DNA of 64,000 nucleotides from Brevibacterium luteolum. GTDB taxonomy: Bacteria > Actinomycetota > Actinomycetes > Actinomycetales > Brevibacteriaceae. Under the pieces are notes generated by a model that saw only the letters and a list, made by a program, of their open reading frames with translations, searched no databases and was not told the DNA's origin. The translations under genes and the position numbers were made by a program. Positions 52,959 through 62,851 of this stretch are shown here, one piece after another. Within the stretch, counting starts at the first letter, position 1. Each line of letters begins with the position of its first letter. The DNA lies in NCBI RefSeq assembly GCF_013004595.1, contig NZ_JABEMC010000001.1, forward strand, positions 372,001-436,000, given 5' to 3'.

Positions 52959-53768
52959 ATGCTCCGAATCGCCACAGTGAATGTCAACGGTGTCCGCGCC
53001 GCTTTTCGCAAGGGAATGTCCGACTGGCTGGCCGGCTCCGGCGCCGACATCGTCACCCTGCAGGAAGTCCGCGCCCAGAACGACATCGCCTTAGGCGTCC
53101 TCGAGCCCACCGGCTTCCACTCTTACTCCGCCGACGCCGAGGCGAAGGGCCGGGCAGGCGTGGCCGTCATGAGCCGCGCGCCTGCGAAGGAGCTGCGGGT
53201 CGGCAACGGGGATGACTACTTCGACCGCTCCGGCCGCTGGCTGGAGGCCGACTACGAACTCGCCGACGGCTCCCTGCTGACCGTCGTGTCCGTCTACGTC
53301 CACTCCGGTGAGGCCGGCACCCCGAAGCAGGATGACAAGTACCGGTTCTTCGACCAGATGGTGCGCCGGCTGCCCGAACTTCAGCAGCACGCCGATCACG
53401 CGCTCATCACCGGCGACCTCAACGTCGGCCACACGGAGCTCGACATCAAGAACTGGAAGGCCAACCAGAAGAAGGCCGGCTTCCTGCCTGAGGAGCGAGC
53501 GTACTTCGACCGGTTCTTCGGTGAGCTCGGCTGGGTCGATGTGCACCGCAAGCTCTCCGGTGAGGTTCCCGGCCCCTACACCTGGTGGTCGATGCGCGGG
53601 AAGGCCTTCGACAACGACGCCGGGTGGCGCATTGACTACCACGCCGCGACCCCGGGCTTGGCGGAGCTTGCCCGTGCGGCTCGCGTCGATCGAGCGGCCA
53701 GGTGGGGTGAGCGGTGGAGCGATCACGCCCCGCTCGTCATCGATTACGACCTGCCGGATCTCGCCTAG
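52959..53768 (+). CDS. xth: Exodeoxyribonuclease III / AP endonuclease
   Basis: NVNG, LQE, GDLN, YTWW, GWRIDY, SDHAP; probable leaderless start. Confidence 0.93.
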   Translation: MLRIATVNVNGVRAAFRKGMSDWLAGSGADIVTLQEVRAQNDIALGVLEPTGFHSYSADAEAKGRAGVAVMSRAPAKELRVGNGDDYFDRSGRWLEADYELADGSLLTVVSVYVHSGEAGTPKQDDKYRFFDQMVRRLPELQQHADHALITGDLNVGHTELDIKNWKANQKKAGFLPEERAYFDRFFGELGWVDVHRKLSGEVPGPYTWWSMRGKAFDNDAGWRIDYHAATPGLAELARAARVDRAARWGERWSDHAPLVIDYDLPDLA

Positions 53769-54114
53769 GCCGCCTGAGCTGGCTGGCCGCAGCCGGTATT
53801 CTCTTTGCGATCTCCCTGCAGCCGGCGGGTATACTGGCAGAGACCTCGCCGATGGTGACAGCATCGGCGCACTCCGGCAGAGAGCACACCACCTTCCGTG
53901 AAATCGACGATCACTCACCCCTGAGACGCGCATCATTCCCGCGCTCGGCAGCCGAACCGTTCACGGCTGCACGGCTGACGTGATCGATCATGCCCGCCGG
54001 AGATCCCGCAACACGCGGATTCCTGCGCTCCTGCAGACCTGTCTGCATCGATCATTGGGCTGAGCCTGTGCGCGTCTCGAATCGTCCTTTCGATTTCGAC
54101 ACGCGGAGGCATGC

Positions 54115-55734
54115 GTGGAACACTCACTCATCACTCTTGACTCGCTCACCTACACCTGGCCCGACGGCACCGCCGCACTGTCCGGGCTCACCGGCTCGAT
54201 CGCCCGCGGGCGCACCGGTCTCATCGGCGCCAACGGCGCCGGCAAGACCACTCTCGTCCGTCTGCTCACCGGCGAACTGACACCGACGGTCGGGCGCATA
54301 CACATCCACGGCAGCGTCGGCGTGCTGCCCCAGGACCTGGCCTTGAGCGACCAGACCATCGCCGAAGTGCTCGGCATCGACCAGGTGCTCGCCGCGCTCG
54401 AAGCGGTGGAGACCGGAGACGCCGACGTCGCCCACTTCGACGTCATCGGCCAGGACTGGGACATCGCCGCCCGCGCCTGCCAATCACTTGCGGCAGCCGG
54501 GATCCCGTTGGCCGAGCATGAGCTCGACCGGCCGATGCGCACACTCTCCGGAGGAGAGGCGGTGAAGGTCGGGCTCGCGAACCTGCACCTGCACCGGCCG
54601 GAGCTGGCGATCCTCGATGAACCGACGAACAACCTCGATGCTGCCGGCCGAGAACACGTGCGCGGACTCATCGAAAGCTGGCGGGGTTCGCTGCTCATCA
54701 TCAGCCACGACCGGCGGCTGCTCGCAGGCGTCGACCGGATCGTCGAACTCTACGGCACCGGCACCCGCAATGCGGCAGGCGAGCTGCAGGCCTCGACAAT
54801 GCGGACCTGGGAGGGCAGCTTCGCAGACTACCGTCGGCAGCTGGCCGCCGAACAGGAAGCCGCAGAACAGGCAGCCGTGACCGCGCGCAGCGAGCTGGGC
54901 AAGCAGAAGCGCAAGCGGATCGAGGCGCAGATCAAACTCGACCGCCGGCAGCGCACGGCCAAGCAGGCGGTGAAGGATGCGAAGCTCCCGCCGATCGTCT
55001 CCGGCAATAGAGCGATGGAGGCGCAGAAGTCAGCGGCGAAGCTCACCGGCACCCATGCTGACCGGGAGGCAGCGGCCTATCAGAATCTGCAGGGAGCCCA
55101 GGCTCAGGTGCGGCCTCGTGTCGTCATCGACATCGAACTGCCCGACACTGCAGTCCCAGCCGGGCGGACGGTCCTCGAACTCGACAGCGGGGAGGAGGTC
55201 TTCAGCATCCGCGGGCCTGAGCGGGTGGCGCTCGCCGGTCCGAACGGAGCCGGCAAGACGACCCTGCTCAACCGGATCCTGACAGCCGTACGCACGGGGG
55301 AGGAGCCTGGTGTGCGCGTCATCGACGAGGTGGGGGTGTTGCCGCAGCGCATTCTCCTCGACCCGCAGCTCAGCGTGCTCGACACCGTCCGGCTAGCGGC
55401 CCCGGACGCGGACCCGCACACAGTCCGCTCCCAGCTGGCTGGTCTGCAGCTGAAGAAGGACCGGCCCGATCAGCCGGTCGGCCAGTTCTCCGGTGGGGAG
55501 CGGTTCCGGGTCGCGCTCGCACAGCTGCTGCTGGCCGATCCGGCCCCGCAGCTGCTGCTGCTCGATGAGCCGACCAACAATCTCGACCTGGAGAGCTTTG
55601 AGGTGCTCGTCGAGGCGCTGACCGCCTACCAGGGCGCGCTCATCGTCGTCAGCCACGATGCGGAGTTCCTCGATGAGATCGGCTGCACCCGAACGTGGGA
55701 GATCACAGACGGGGCACTGAGCGAGGCGCGCTGA
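54115..55734 (+). CDS. ABC-F family ATP-binding protein
   Basis: Two ABC domains (GANGAGKT/LSGGE/DEPTNNLD; GPNGAGKT/FSGGE/DEPTNNLD), helical linker, no TM segment; GGAGG RBS. Confidence 0.88.
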   Translation: MEHSLITLDSLTYTWPDGTAALSGLTGSIARGRTGLIGANGAGKTTLVRLLTGELTPTVGRIHIHGSVGVLPQDLALSDQTIAEVLGIDQVLAALEAVETGDADVAHFDVIGQDWDIAARACQSLAAAGIPLAEHELDRPMRTLSGGEAVKVGLANLHLHRPELAILDEPTNNLDAAGREHVRGLIESWRGSLLIISHDRRLLAGVDRIVELYGTGTRNAAGELQASTMRTWEGSFADYRRQLAAEQEAAEQAAVTARSELGKQKRKRIEAQIKLDRRQRTAKQAVKDAKLPPIVSGNRAMEAQKSAAKLTGTHADREAAAYQNLQGAQAQVRPRVVIDIELPDTAVPAGRTVLELDSGEEVFSIRGPERVALAGPNGAGKTTLLNRILTAVRTGEEPGVRVIDEVGVLPQRILLDPQLSVLDTVRLAAPDADPHTVRSQLAGLQLKKDRPDQPVGQFSGGERFRVALAQLLLADPAPQLLLLDEPTNNLDLESFEVLVEALTAYQGALIVVSHDAEFLDEIGCTRTWEITDGALSEAR

Positions 55735-55747
55735 CGGCCACCCGGCC

Positions 55748-55784
55748 ACCACCTCGGGAACGGTGCGAACCACCTCGGGAACGG
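55748..55784 (+). repeat. Direct repeat of 16 bp (two copies of the dispersed CCRCCTCGGGMRCGG element)
   Basis: ACCACCTCGGGAACGG at 55748 and 55769. Confidence 0.8.
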
Positions 55785-55849
55785 GAAAACGCGGCGGCCG
55801 CCGGTCCACCTGAGGTGAACCGGCGGCCGCCGGGTGGGACGTCACTGCT

Positions 55850-56056
55850 TCAGCAGCAGCGCGCCTTCGGGTTCGTCTCCTGCTCGTCGATGAGCTCGCG
55901 CCAGAATTCGCGTTCGCACATCGCACCCTCGCGGGTGCCGTGGTGGCGCTCGTAGTGCTCAAGGTAGTGGACGTAGGCGTTTTCGCCCATGACCTCCTTG
56001 AGGTACCAGTGCACGGCCTTGAACGGGCGGGCGACTGCGGCAGCAAACGAACTCAT
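55850..56056 (-). CDS. YbdD/YjiX family small protein
   Basis: Directly downstream of cstA; GENAY..YL.H...EFW...ARCC; AAGGAG RBS. Confidence 0.85.
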   Translation of the reverse strand: MSSFAAAVARPFKAVHWYLKEVMGENAYVHYLEHYERHHGTREGAMCEREFWRELIDEQETNPKARCC

Positions 56057-56058
56057 CG

Positions 56059-58383
56059 TCACTTCTCCTTCGGAGCGGCGTGCGAGCCGGAACCGGTGTC
56101 CGAGGCACCGTGATCCTTCTCAGCCTTCTCCTTCGAGGATACGCCGACAGCACCGGCGGGCGCGAGACCGTGCTTGCGACGGTACTCCTCCCACTGGGCC
56201 TCGACCTCGCGCTCGGCCTTCGTGGCGATGAGGCCGGCTGGGGCGAAGAGCTTCGTCGGCACGAACGCGGCTTCGGTCGTCTCCATCGGGCCGGTGCGGA
56301 TCGACTTGATGCTCACCGCGATCGCCATGACGACGACCATGAGCACCAGCGAGGCGAACACGATCGACAGCGTGCCCTGGATGAACGTGTTGCGCACAAC
56401 CGCGCGCATCGCATCGACACCCTCGGTGGTGCCCAGTGAGGTCTCACCGGCGGCGAGTGCCTGCTTGTAGGCCGAGTGCTGTGCCCAGTAGCCGAGCTTC
56501 GGGTCAGAGGAGAAGATCTTCTGCCACGAGGCGGTCATCGTCACGGCAAGGTCCCAGGCGAGCGGGATCCCGGGGATCCACGCATAGCGCGCCTTGCCGA
56601 CCTTGCAGACCAAGGCGAACACCACCGCCAAGGCGATTGCCGCCAACAGCTGGTTGGAGATGCCGAACAGCGGGAACAGCGTGTTGATGCCGCCGAGTGG
56701 GTCGGTCACACCCATGAGCAGGATCGAGCCCCAGGCGCCGACCATGACGATCGTCGAGACCCAGGCGCCGATGTTCCAGGATGGGTCGCGGAACTTCGGC
56801 CAGAAGTTGCCCATCCAGTCCGAGAACATGAAGCGGGCAACACGGGTGCCGGCGTCGATGGTGGTGAGGATGAACAGTGCTTCGAACATGACCGCGAAGT
56901 GGTACCAGAAGCTCATCGCCGACTGCCCGCCGAAGCCGGGCACCTGATGCAGGACATGCGCCATGCCCATTGCCAGGGTCGGCGCACCGCCGGTGCGCGA
57001 AACAATTGAACCCTCGCCGACGGCCTCACCAGCAGCGGCGAGTTCGGCGGCGGTCGTCTGCGTCTCCATGAACGGATTCGAGTTGATGAACTCGGCAGCG
57101 CCCTCGGCGGTGCCGCCGGTCAGCGGCTCGGCTGCGTTCATGGCGAAGTAGATGCCCTTGTCGAGGCAGATCGCGGCGACGAGCGCCATGATCGCCACGA
57201 AGGACTCCATGAGCATGCCTCCGTAGCCCACCAGACGCGCCTGCGATTCCTTCTCCAGCAGCTTCGGCGTCGTGCCCGAGGACACCAGGGCGTGGAAGCC
57301 GGAGAGCGCACCACAGGCGATGGTGATGAACAGGAACGGGAACAGGGATCCGGCGAAGGCCGGGCCCTCGGAGTTCGAGGCGAACGGGGTGACGGCCGGC
57401 ATCTGCACGGTCGGGTTGACGATGATGATGCCGACGGCCAGCAGCACGATGGTGCCGATCTTCATGAAAGTCGACAGGTAGTCGCGCGGGGCCAGCAGCA
57501 CCCACACCGGCAGCACAGCTGCGAAGAAGCCGTAGATCATCAGCGACCAGGCCAGCGTCGTCTTCGACAGGTGGAACATCTCAGCCAGCGCCGGGTTGGC
57601 ATTGACCCAACCGCCGGCGACGATCGCGAGCACGAGGAGGGCGATGCCGATGACAGAGGTCTCGATGACCTTGCCGGGGCGGATGTAGCGCATGTAGATA
57701 CCCATGAACACGGCGATCGGGATCGTCATCGCGATCGAGAAGACGCCCCAGGGGCTCTCGGCCAGGGCGTTGATGATGACGACGCCGAGCACGGCGATGA
57801 GGATGATCATGATGAGCAGGATGCCGAGGCTGGCGATGAAGCCGCCGACGGAGCCGAGCTCGTCACGGGCCATCTGGCCCAGCGACCGGCCGTTGCGGCG
57901 GGTCGAGAAGTACAGCACCATGTAGTCCTGCACCGCACCGGCGACGATGACGCCGAGGATGATCCACAGCGTGCCGGGCAGGTAGCCCATCTGAGCGGCG
58001 AGGATCGGGCCGACGAGCGGGCCGGCGCCGGAGATCGCGGCGAAGTGGTGGCCGAACACGACGCGGCGGTCGGTCGGGGTGAAGTCGCGGCCGTTCTCGT
58101 TGATCTCCGCGGGGGTCGCCCGCTTGTGGTCGGGTCGGCAGATCTTCCATTCGATGAACTTCGCGTAGAAGCGGAAGGCGATGAGGTAGCTGCCGACCGC
58201 AGCGGCGACGAACCAACTGGCTGAGAGGTTCTCGCCGCGCACGAACGCGACCATCACCCAGCCGACGGCGGCGACCGCAGCGATCGCAACCCACAGGACG
58301 ATCTTGCCCGGAGTCCAGCGCGGACGTTCGATCACGCCGACTGGAGGCAGACTCTCATCGGTTCTGACGTATTCAACCGACAT
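56059..58383 (-). CDS. cstA: Carbon starvation protein A family transporter
   Basis: FGHHFAAISGAGPLVGP, IACGALSGFH, many TM segments; start trimmed to MSVEY. Confidence 0.93.
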   Translation of the reverse strand: MSVEYVRTDESLPPVGVIERPRWTPGKIVLWVAIAAVAAVGWVMVAFVRGENLSASWFVAAAVGSYLIAFRFYAKFIEWKICRPDHKRATPAEINENGRDFTPTDRRVVFGHHFAAISGAGPLVGPILAAQMGYLPGTLWIILGVIVAGAVQDYMVLYFSTRRNGRSLGQMARDELGSVGGFIASLGILLIMIILIAVLGVVIINALAESPWGVFSIAMTIPIAVFMGIYMRYIRPGKVIETSVIGIALLVLAIVAGGWVNANPALAEMFHLSKTTLAWSLMIYGFFAAVLPVWVLLAPRDYLSTFMKIGTIVLLAVGIIIVNPTVQMPAVTPFASNSEGPAFAGSLFPFLFITIACGALSGFHALVSSGTTPKLLEKESQARLVGYGGMLMESFVAIMALVAAICLDKGIYFAMNAAEPLTGGTAEGAAEFINSNPFMETQTTAAELAAAGEAVGEGSIVSRTGGAPTLAMGMAHVLHQVPGFGGQSAMSFWYHFAVMFEALFILTTIDAGTRVARFMFSDWMGNFWPKFRDPSWNIGAWVSTIVMVGAWGSILLMGVTDPLGGINTLFPLFGISNQLLAAIALAVVFALVCKVGKARYAWIPGIPLAWDLAVTMTASWQKIFSSDPKLGYWAQHSAYKQALAAGETSLGTTEGVDAMRAVVRNTFIQGTLSIVFASLVLMVVVMAIAVSIKSIRTGPMETTEAAFVPTKLFAPAGLIATKAEREVEAQWEEYRRKHGLAPAGAVGVSSKEKAEKDHGASDTGSGSHAAPKEK

Positions 58384-58754
58384 ACGTGCTCCATTTCTGC
58401 TCTGCTGCATGAGCCCCGCCGGGTCAGGCGGAACATCACGGGAACGCGGGCATTCACCTGGTCGTGCGGCATCCGCGCGGCACGGCACCGCACGGAAGGG
58501 CTGGGCCGGGGAGCCGCAGCGTACGGCAGAAGTGTGTGAGTTCCCGGAGACTGAATATATGGTGAGGCCAATTCTGTGATTTGTCTAACTTTTCGGCAGG
58601 TTCTGCGCGAACCACCGTCAAACCGTTACCAAAGCTGCGCATCTGTTCACTCTGCGGACAGTCCAGTGGTGCTCTGCGCCGCTGTCCGCCGCCGAGGCGG
58701 TGGTCGGGTGGCCGAGTCGCAGACCGCGGGTGCGGAAGTGGCACAATGGAATCC

Positions 58755-59771
58755 ATGACCGCCACGCACGATCCGCAGACCCGCCTGCGGACTCTCTCCG
58801 GAATCCAGGCCACCTCCGACTCCCTCCACCTGGGCAACTACATCGGTGCGCTGCAGCAGTTCGTGGAGCAGCAGGAGACGCACGACGCGTTCTTCTTCAT
58901 TGCGAACATGCACGCGATCACCGTCGAGCAGGATCCCGCGCTGCTGCGCGAGCGGACCCTGCGCACCGCCGCCCAGTTCCTCGCCGCCGGCATCGATCCG
59001 GAGAAGTCGACGATCTTCGTGCAGTCCCACGTGCCCGAGCATACGCAGCTGTCCTGGGTGCTCGAATGCACCACCGGTTTGGGCGAGGCGCAGCGGATGA
59101 CGCAGTTCAAGGACAAGTCGTCCAAGCGCGAGAACGTCTCGCTCGGCCTGCTGACCTACCCGGCGCTCATGGCTGCTGACATCCTCATGTACCACCCCGA
59201 TGTCGTCCCGGTCGGCGAGGACCAGCGCCAGCACCTGGAGCTCACCCGCAACCTCGCCGAGCGCTTCAACCACCGTTACGGGCACACCTTCACGGTGCCT
59301 GAGGCCGGAATTCCGAAGGAGACGGCCAAAATCTACGATCTGCAGGACCCGACAGCGAAGATGTCGAAGTCGGCGGCCTCCCCGGCCGGTCTCATCAACA
59401 TCCTCGATGAGCCCAAGGCGCTGGCGAAGAAGTTCAAGTCCGCCGTCACCGACAATGACACCGTCATCGCCTACGACCCCGAGCACAAGCCGGGTGTGTC
59501 GAACCTGCTGACGATCTACTCCTCGCTGTCCGGCCGGCCGATCGATGCGATCGTGACCGAGTTCGACGGCAAGATGTACGGCCACCTCAAGGTCGCGCTC
59601 GCCGACCTCGCCGTCGAGACGCTCGCGCCGGTGCGCGAGCGCACCGGTGAGCTGCTCGATGACCCGGCTGAGCTCGAGCGGCTGCTGTCGATCGGTGCCG
59701 ATGCCGCCTCGGCGATCGCCGAGCAGACCATCAAGGACGTGTATGACCGCATCGGGTTCCTCCGCCGCTGA
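58755..59771 (+). CDS. trpS: Tryptophanyl-tRNA synthetase
   Basis: [22 protein letters not shown]. Confidence 0.97.
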   Translation: MTATHDPQTRLRTLSGIQATSDSLHLGNYIGALQQFVEQQETHDAFFFIANMHAITVEQDPALLRERTLRTAAQFLAAGIDPEKSTIFVQSHVPEHTQLSWVLECTTGLGEAQRMTQFKDKSSKRENVSLGLLTYPALMAADILMYHPDVVPVGEDQRQHLELTRNLAERFNHRYGHTFTVPEAGIPKETAKIYDLQDPTAKMSKSAASPAGLINILDEPKALAKKFKSAVTDNDTVIAYDPEHKPGVSNLLTIYSSLSGRPIDAIVTEFDGKMYGHLKVALADLAVETLAPVRERTGELLDDPAELERLLSIGADAASAIAEQTIKDVYDRIGFLRR

Positions 59772-59784
59772 GTCACCGGGCCGG

Positions 59785-60384
59785 ATGGCCCGTCCTGACG
59801 AATGGGGCCTCGGCCCGGCCTGGGGCACTCCGCCGGGAGTGCCCGAGCTGCCGCCGGACGACGGCTCGGGGATGGTCTCGATCGGGGTGACCCTCGATGT
59901 GCCTGAACCCTACGGCTCCCAGCTGCAGTCGCTGCGGGCAACGCTCGGCGACGCCCGCGGCACGACGGTCCCGGCCCACATCACCCTCATCCCGCCGATG
60001 AAGATCCCGGCCACCGCATGGCCGATCGTGCGCGAGCACATCCGCAGCGTGGCGAATGCGACCTCGCCGTTCACCCTGCAGCTGCGGGGGACCGGGACGT
60101 TCATGCCGACCTCGCCGGTCGTGTTCATCGCCGTCGCCCGCGGCATCTCCGAATGCCAGCAGCTCTCCGATGCCCTGCGCCACGGAGTGCTGAATCAGCA
60201 GCTGGCGTTTCCGTACCACCCGCACGTCACGATCGCCCAGGAGCTCGACGAGGAGGTCCTCGAACAGGCCTACCGGGAATCGGCCGACTACGACGTGTCA
60301 TTCATGGCCCACGGCTTCGGCGTGTACTTCCACACCGCCGATGAGGAATGGCAGCTGTTCGACAACGTGCCCTTCGGCCCGTAA
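59785..60384 (+). CDS. 2H phosphoesterase (2'-5' RNA ligase family)
   Basis: Two HxT motifs (AHITL, PHVTI); start uncertain. Confidence 0.8.
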   Translation: MARPDEWGLGPAWGTPPGVPELPPDDGSGMVSIGVTLDVPEPYGSQLQSLRATLGDARGTTVPAHITLIPPMKIPATAWPIVREHIRSVANATSPFTLQLRGTGTFMPTSPVVFIAVARGISECQQLSDALRHGVLNQQLAFPYHPHVTIAQELDEEVLEQAYRESADYDVSFMAHGFGVYFHTADEEWQLFDNVPFGP

Positions 60385-60447
60385 CCGAGCCACCTCCTCG
60401 GGCACGATGGGCCAGGCGTGTGGCATCTGCTCAGCTGAACCGGAACA

Positions 60448-61497
60448 ATGGCAGGTGTGAAGAAGAAGACCGCACCGCGCAATCTCGCCCCCGAGATGCT
60501 GCACACCGCCGCCCGCCTCGAAGACCGCTACCACGCCTGGGCGCGGGAGAAGGCGACGAAGCGCGGCTGGCATCGCACCGTCATCGCCTACGACTCCTAC
60601 GGCAGCGAGAACTTCATCCGCGTTCTCGCCCGCGTCGTGCTGACCAAGACCGGCCAGCCGGCAGCCGATACGCAGGCCTCGATTCGCGGCTGGCGCTCTT
60701 TCGGCAATGTGCCGCTGTCCGATGACCATGCCTGGGTGCGCGTCAACGGCGCCGAACATATGGTCACCGCCGATCGCGGCGGGATCGTCGATGCGATCAT
60801 CCCCGGTGACTTCGAGCCCGGCAATGTCGAGATCGAGCTGTGGACCGATGACTCGCTCGTCGACACCGCCAATGTGCGCATCATCGGTCAGGAGCAGGGC
60901 TTCGGGATCGTCTCCGACATCGACGACACCGTCATGGTCACCGCGCTGCCGCGTCCCTTCCTCGCCGCCTGGAACACCTTCGTCCTCGACGAGCACGCCC
61001 GCTCGCCGGTGGCCGGCATGGCGGTGCTCTACGACCGGCTCACCTACCTGCGGCCGAACTCGCCGATCCTGTACCTGTCGACCGGGCCGTGGAACGTCGC
61101 CCCGACCCTCAAGCGCTTCCTCACCCGGAACATGTACCCGGTCGGACCGCTGCTGCTGACCGACTGGGGGCCGACAGCCACCCGCGCGTTCCGCTCCGGG
61201 CAGGATCACAAGCGTGCCACCCTCGAACGTCTGGCCCGGGAGTTCCCGCAGGTCAAGTGGCTGCTCATCGGCGATGATGGGCAGCATGACGAGGAGATCT
61301 ACGGCGAGTTCGTCGAGAACCACCCGGAGAATGTCGTCGCGGTTGCCATCCGCCAGCTGACCGTCGGCGAGGCGGTGTGGGCCGGTGGTCGTTCGAAGGG
61401 CTCCGGCCGTGGCCAGGGCGTGCCCTGGATCTACGCTCCCGACGGTGCGGGGCTGGCCTCGAAGCTCACCGAGCGCGGCATCTTCTCCTCACTCTGA
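60448..61497 (+). CDS. App1/DUF2183 family phosphatidate phosphatase-like protein
   Basis: SDIDDT and GDDGQHD motifs. Confidence 0.8.
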   Translation: MAGVKKKTAPRNLAPEMLHTAARLEDRYHAWAREKATKRGWHRTVIAYDSYGSENFIRVLARVVLTKTGQPAADTQASIRGWRSFGNVPLSDDHAWVRVNGAEHMVTADRGGIVDAIIPGDFEPGNVEIELWTDDSLVDTANVRIIGQEQGFGIVSDIDDTVMVTALPRPFLAAWNTFVLDEHARSPVAGMAVLYDRLTYLRPNSPILYLSTGPWNVAPTLKRFLTRNMYPVGPLLLTDWGPTATRAFRSGQDHKRATLERLAREFPQVKWLLIGDDGQHDEEIYGEFVENHPENVVAVAIRQLTVGEAVWAGGRSKGSGRGQGVPWIYAPDGAGLASKLTERGIFSSL

Positions 61498-62709
61498 GGC
61501 GGCTGCGCGCTGTCGGCGCTCGCGCCGGCGCAGGGCCGTGAACGCGATGCCGCCGGCCCCGAGTACCGCGGCGGCAGCGGCGATGAGGATGAGCGGTGAG
61601 CTCAGTGGGCTGGCCGGCTCCTGCGCCTCGGCTGCCGCGGTCTCCTCATGCGTGGGTGCGGCGGGCTCCGGACTCGGCTCCTCGCTGGGCTCCGGGGTCA
61701 GCGCGATGGTCGTCTCGACTGGCAGGTCCGACTGTGCGAACGACCAGTCGAGCAGGTCGATGGCCGCCTGACGGGTGCTGTTGTCCGAATGCAGGATCGC
61801 CGCCGCGTAGGTCTTGCCGTCCCGCTCAGCCACGGCGACGAAGCTGCCCTTGGACTTGACGGTGTAGCCGTTCTTGAGCCCGAGTCCGCCGTCGATGCGC
61901 CCGACGATCTTCGTGTGGTCCTGGATCGGGTAGCCCTTGAACTTCTCCTTCGTCTCCGGGTTGACACCACCAGGCATCTTGTACTCGGTCGTCTGCACGA
62001 TCTTCATGAGGTAGTCGTTGTCCAGCATCGCCCGGGCGATGATGAGCTGATCGCGCACTGTCGTCACCTGGCCGTCGGCGTCCAGGCCCGAGGTGTTCTT
62101 CGGCACCGTGCCGGTCAGCCCGAGCTCCTCGGCCTTGGCCTCCATGAGCTCAACGGCCCTGTCCTGCCCGCCGGCGGCATTACCCAGGGCGTGGGCGGCA
62201 TCGTTGGCACTCGACATGAGCATCGCGTGGAAGAGCTGGTCGATGGTGTACTCGTTCTTCTGCACGAGACCCACCTTGGTGCCGTCGACGGCCATATCGT
62301 CGAAGACCGCCTCGTACTTCTGCTTCGGGTCATCGAGCACATCGACGAGAGCCAGAGCGGTCAGCAGCTTGATGACCGAGGCCGGAGCGAGCTGCCGGTC
62401 CATCTCCTGGGACGTGAACACGTCACCGGAGTCGAGATCGCCGACCACCCATGCGGACGCTTTCGGCTGCGGGGCCGGGGCGCCGTCTTCGATGAGGGCG
62501 CGTTCGTACATCGTCTCTGTCGGAGATGCCTCTGCCTCGGCAACGACGTCAGCTGCCGCACCAGGGGAGGCTAATGCAGCAGGGGAGGCCAGAGCAGCGG
62601 CCGGTGTGAGCGCGCTGCCGGCCACGACGGCTGCAGCAGCAACGCCGGCGCCGAGGCAGGCGCGCAGGCGAGCACGCCGCGTCTGTGTGGAACGAATCGA
62701 GTGGTTCAC
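61489..62709 (-). CDS. D-alanyl-D-alanine carboxypeptidase (S11 family)
   Basis: Signal peptide, PASVIK (SxxK), SAN (SxN), KNG in KTG position, C-terminal TM anchor. Confidence 0.88.
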   Translation of the reverse strand: MNHSIRSTQTRRARLRACLGAGVAAAAVVAGSALTPAAALASPAALASPGAAADVVAEAEASPTETMYERALIEDGAPAPQPKASAWVVGDLDSGDVFTSQEMDRQLAPASVIKLLTALALVDVLDDPKQKYEAVFDDMAVDGTKVGLVQKNEYTIDQLFHAMLMSSANDAAHALGNAAGGQDRAVELMEAKAEELGLTGTVPKNTSGLDADGQVTTVRDQLIIARAMLDNDYLMKIVQTTEYKMPGGVNPETKEKFKGYPIQDHTKIVGRIDGGLGLKNGYTVKSKGSFVAVAERDGKTYAAAILHSDNSTRQAAIDLLDWSFAQSDLPVETTIALTPEPSEEPSPEPAAPTHEETAAAEAQEPASPLSSPLILIAAAAAVLGAGGIAFTALRRRERRQRAAASE

Positions 62710-62800
62710 AGGTCGCAAGTCTAACCATGCCAGCTGAGACCACCGGCACCTTATCGCCCACCGCCTCGGGAACGGGGGGGCAGAACCAGGGTGAATGCAC

Positions 62801-62838
62801 TCAGGCCCCGTGCCGCCAAGATGCGGGACGGGGCCTGA
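62801..62838 (-). terminator. Terminator after sdhB
   Basis: TCAGGCCCCGT...ACGGGGCCTGA inverted repeat. Confidence 0.7.
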
Positions 62839-62851
62839 TGCGCGTGGTGGG

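Noticed and set aside
52836..55784. Tandem repeat pairs as a mini-CRISPR
   Set aside because: Only two 15-16 bp units with 5-7 bp spacers and no cas genes; they belong to the dispersed repeat
55850..55858. Selenocysteine read-through at the end of the YbdD/YjiX protein
   Set aside because: The protein already ends Cys-Cys before TGA, so TGA is best read as a stop; no SECIS evidence
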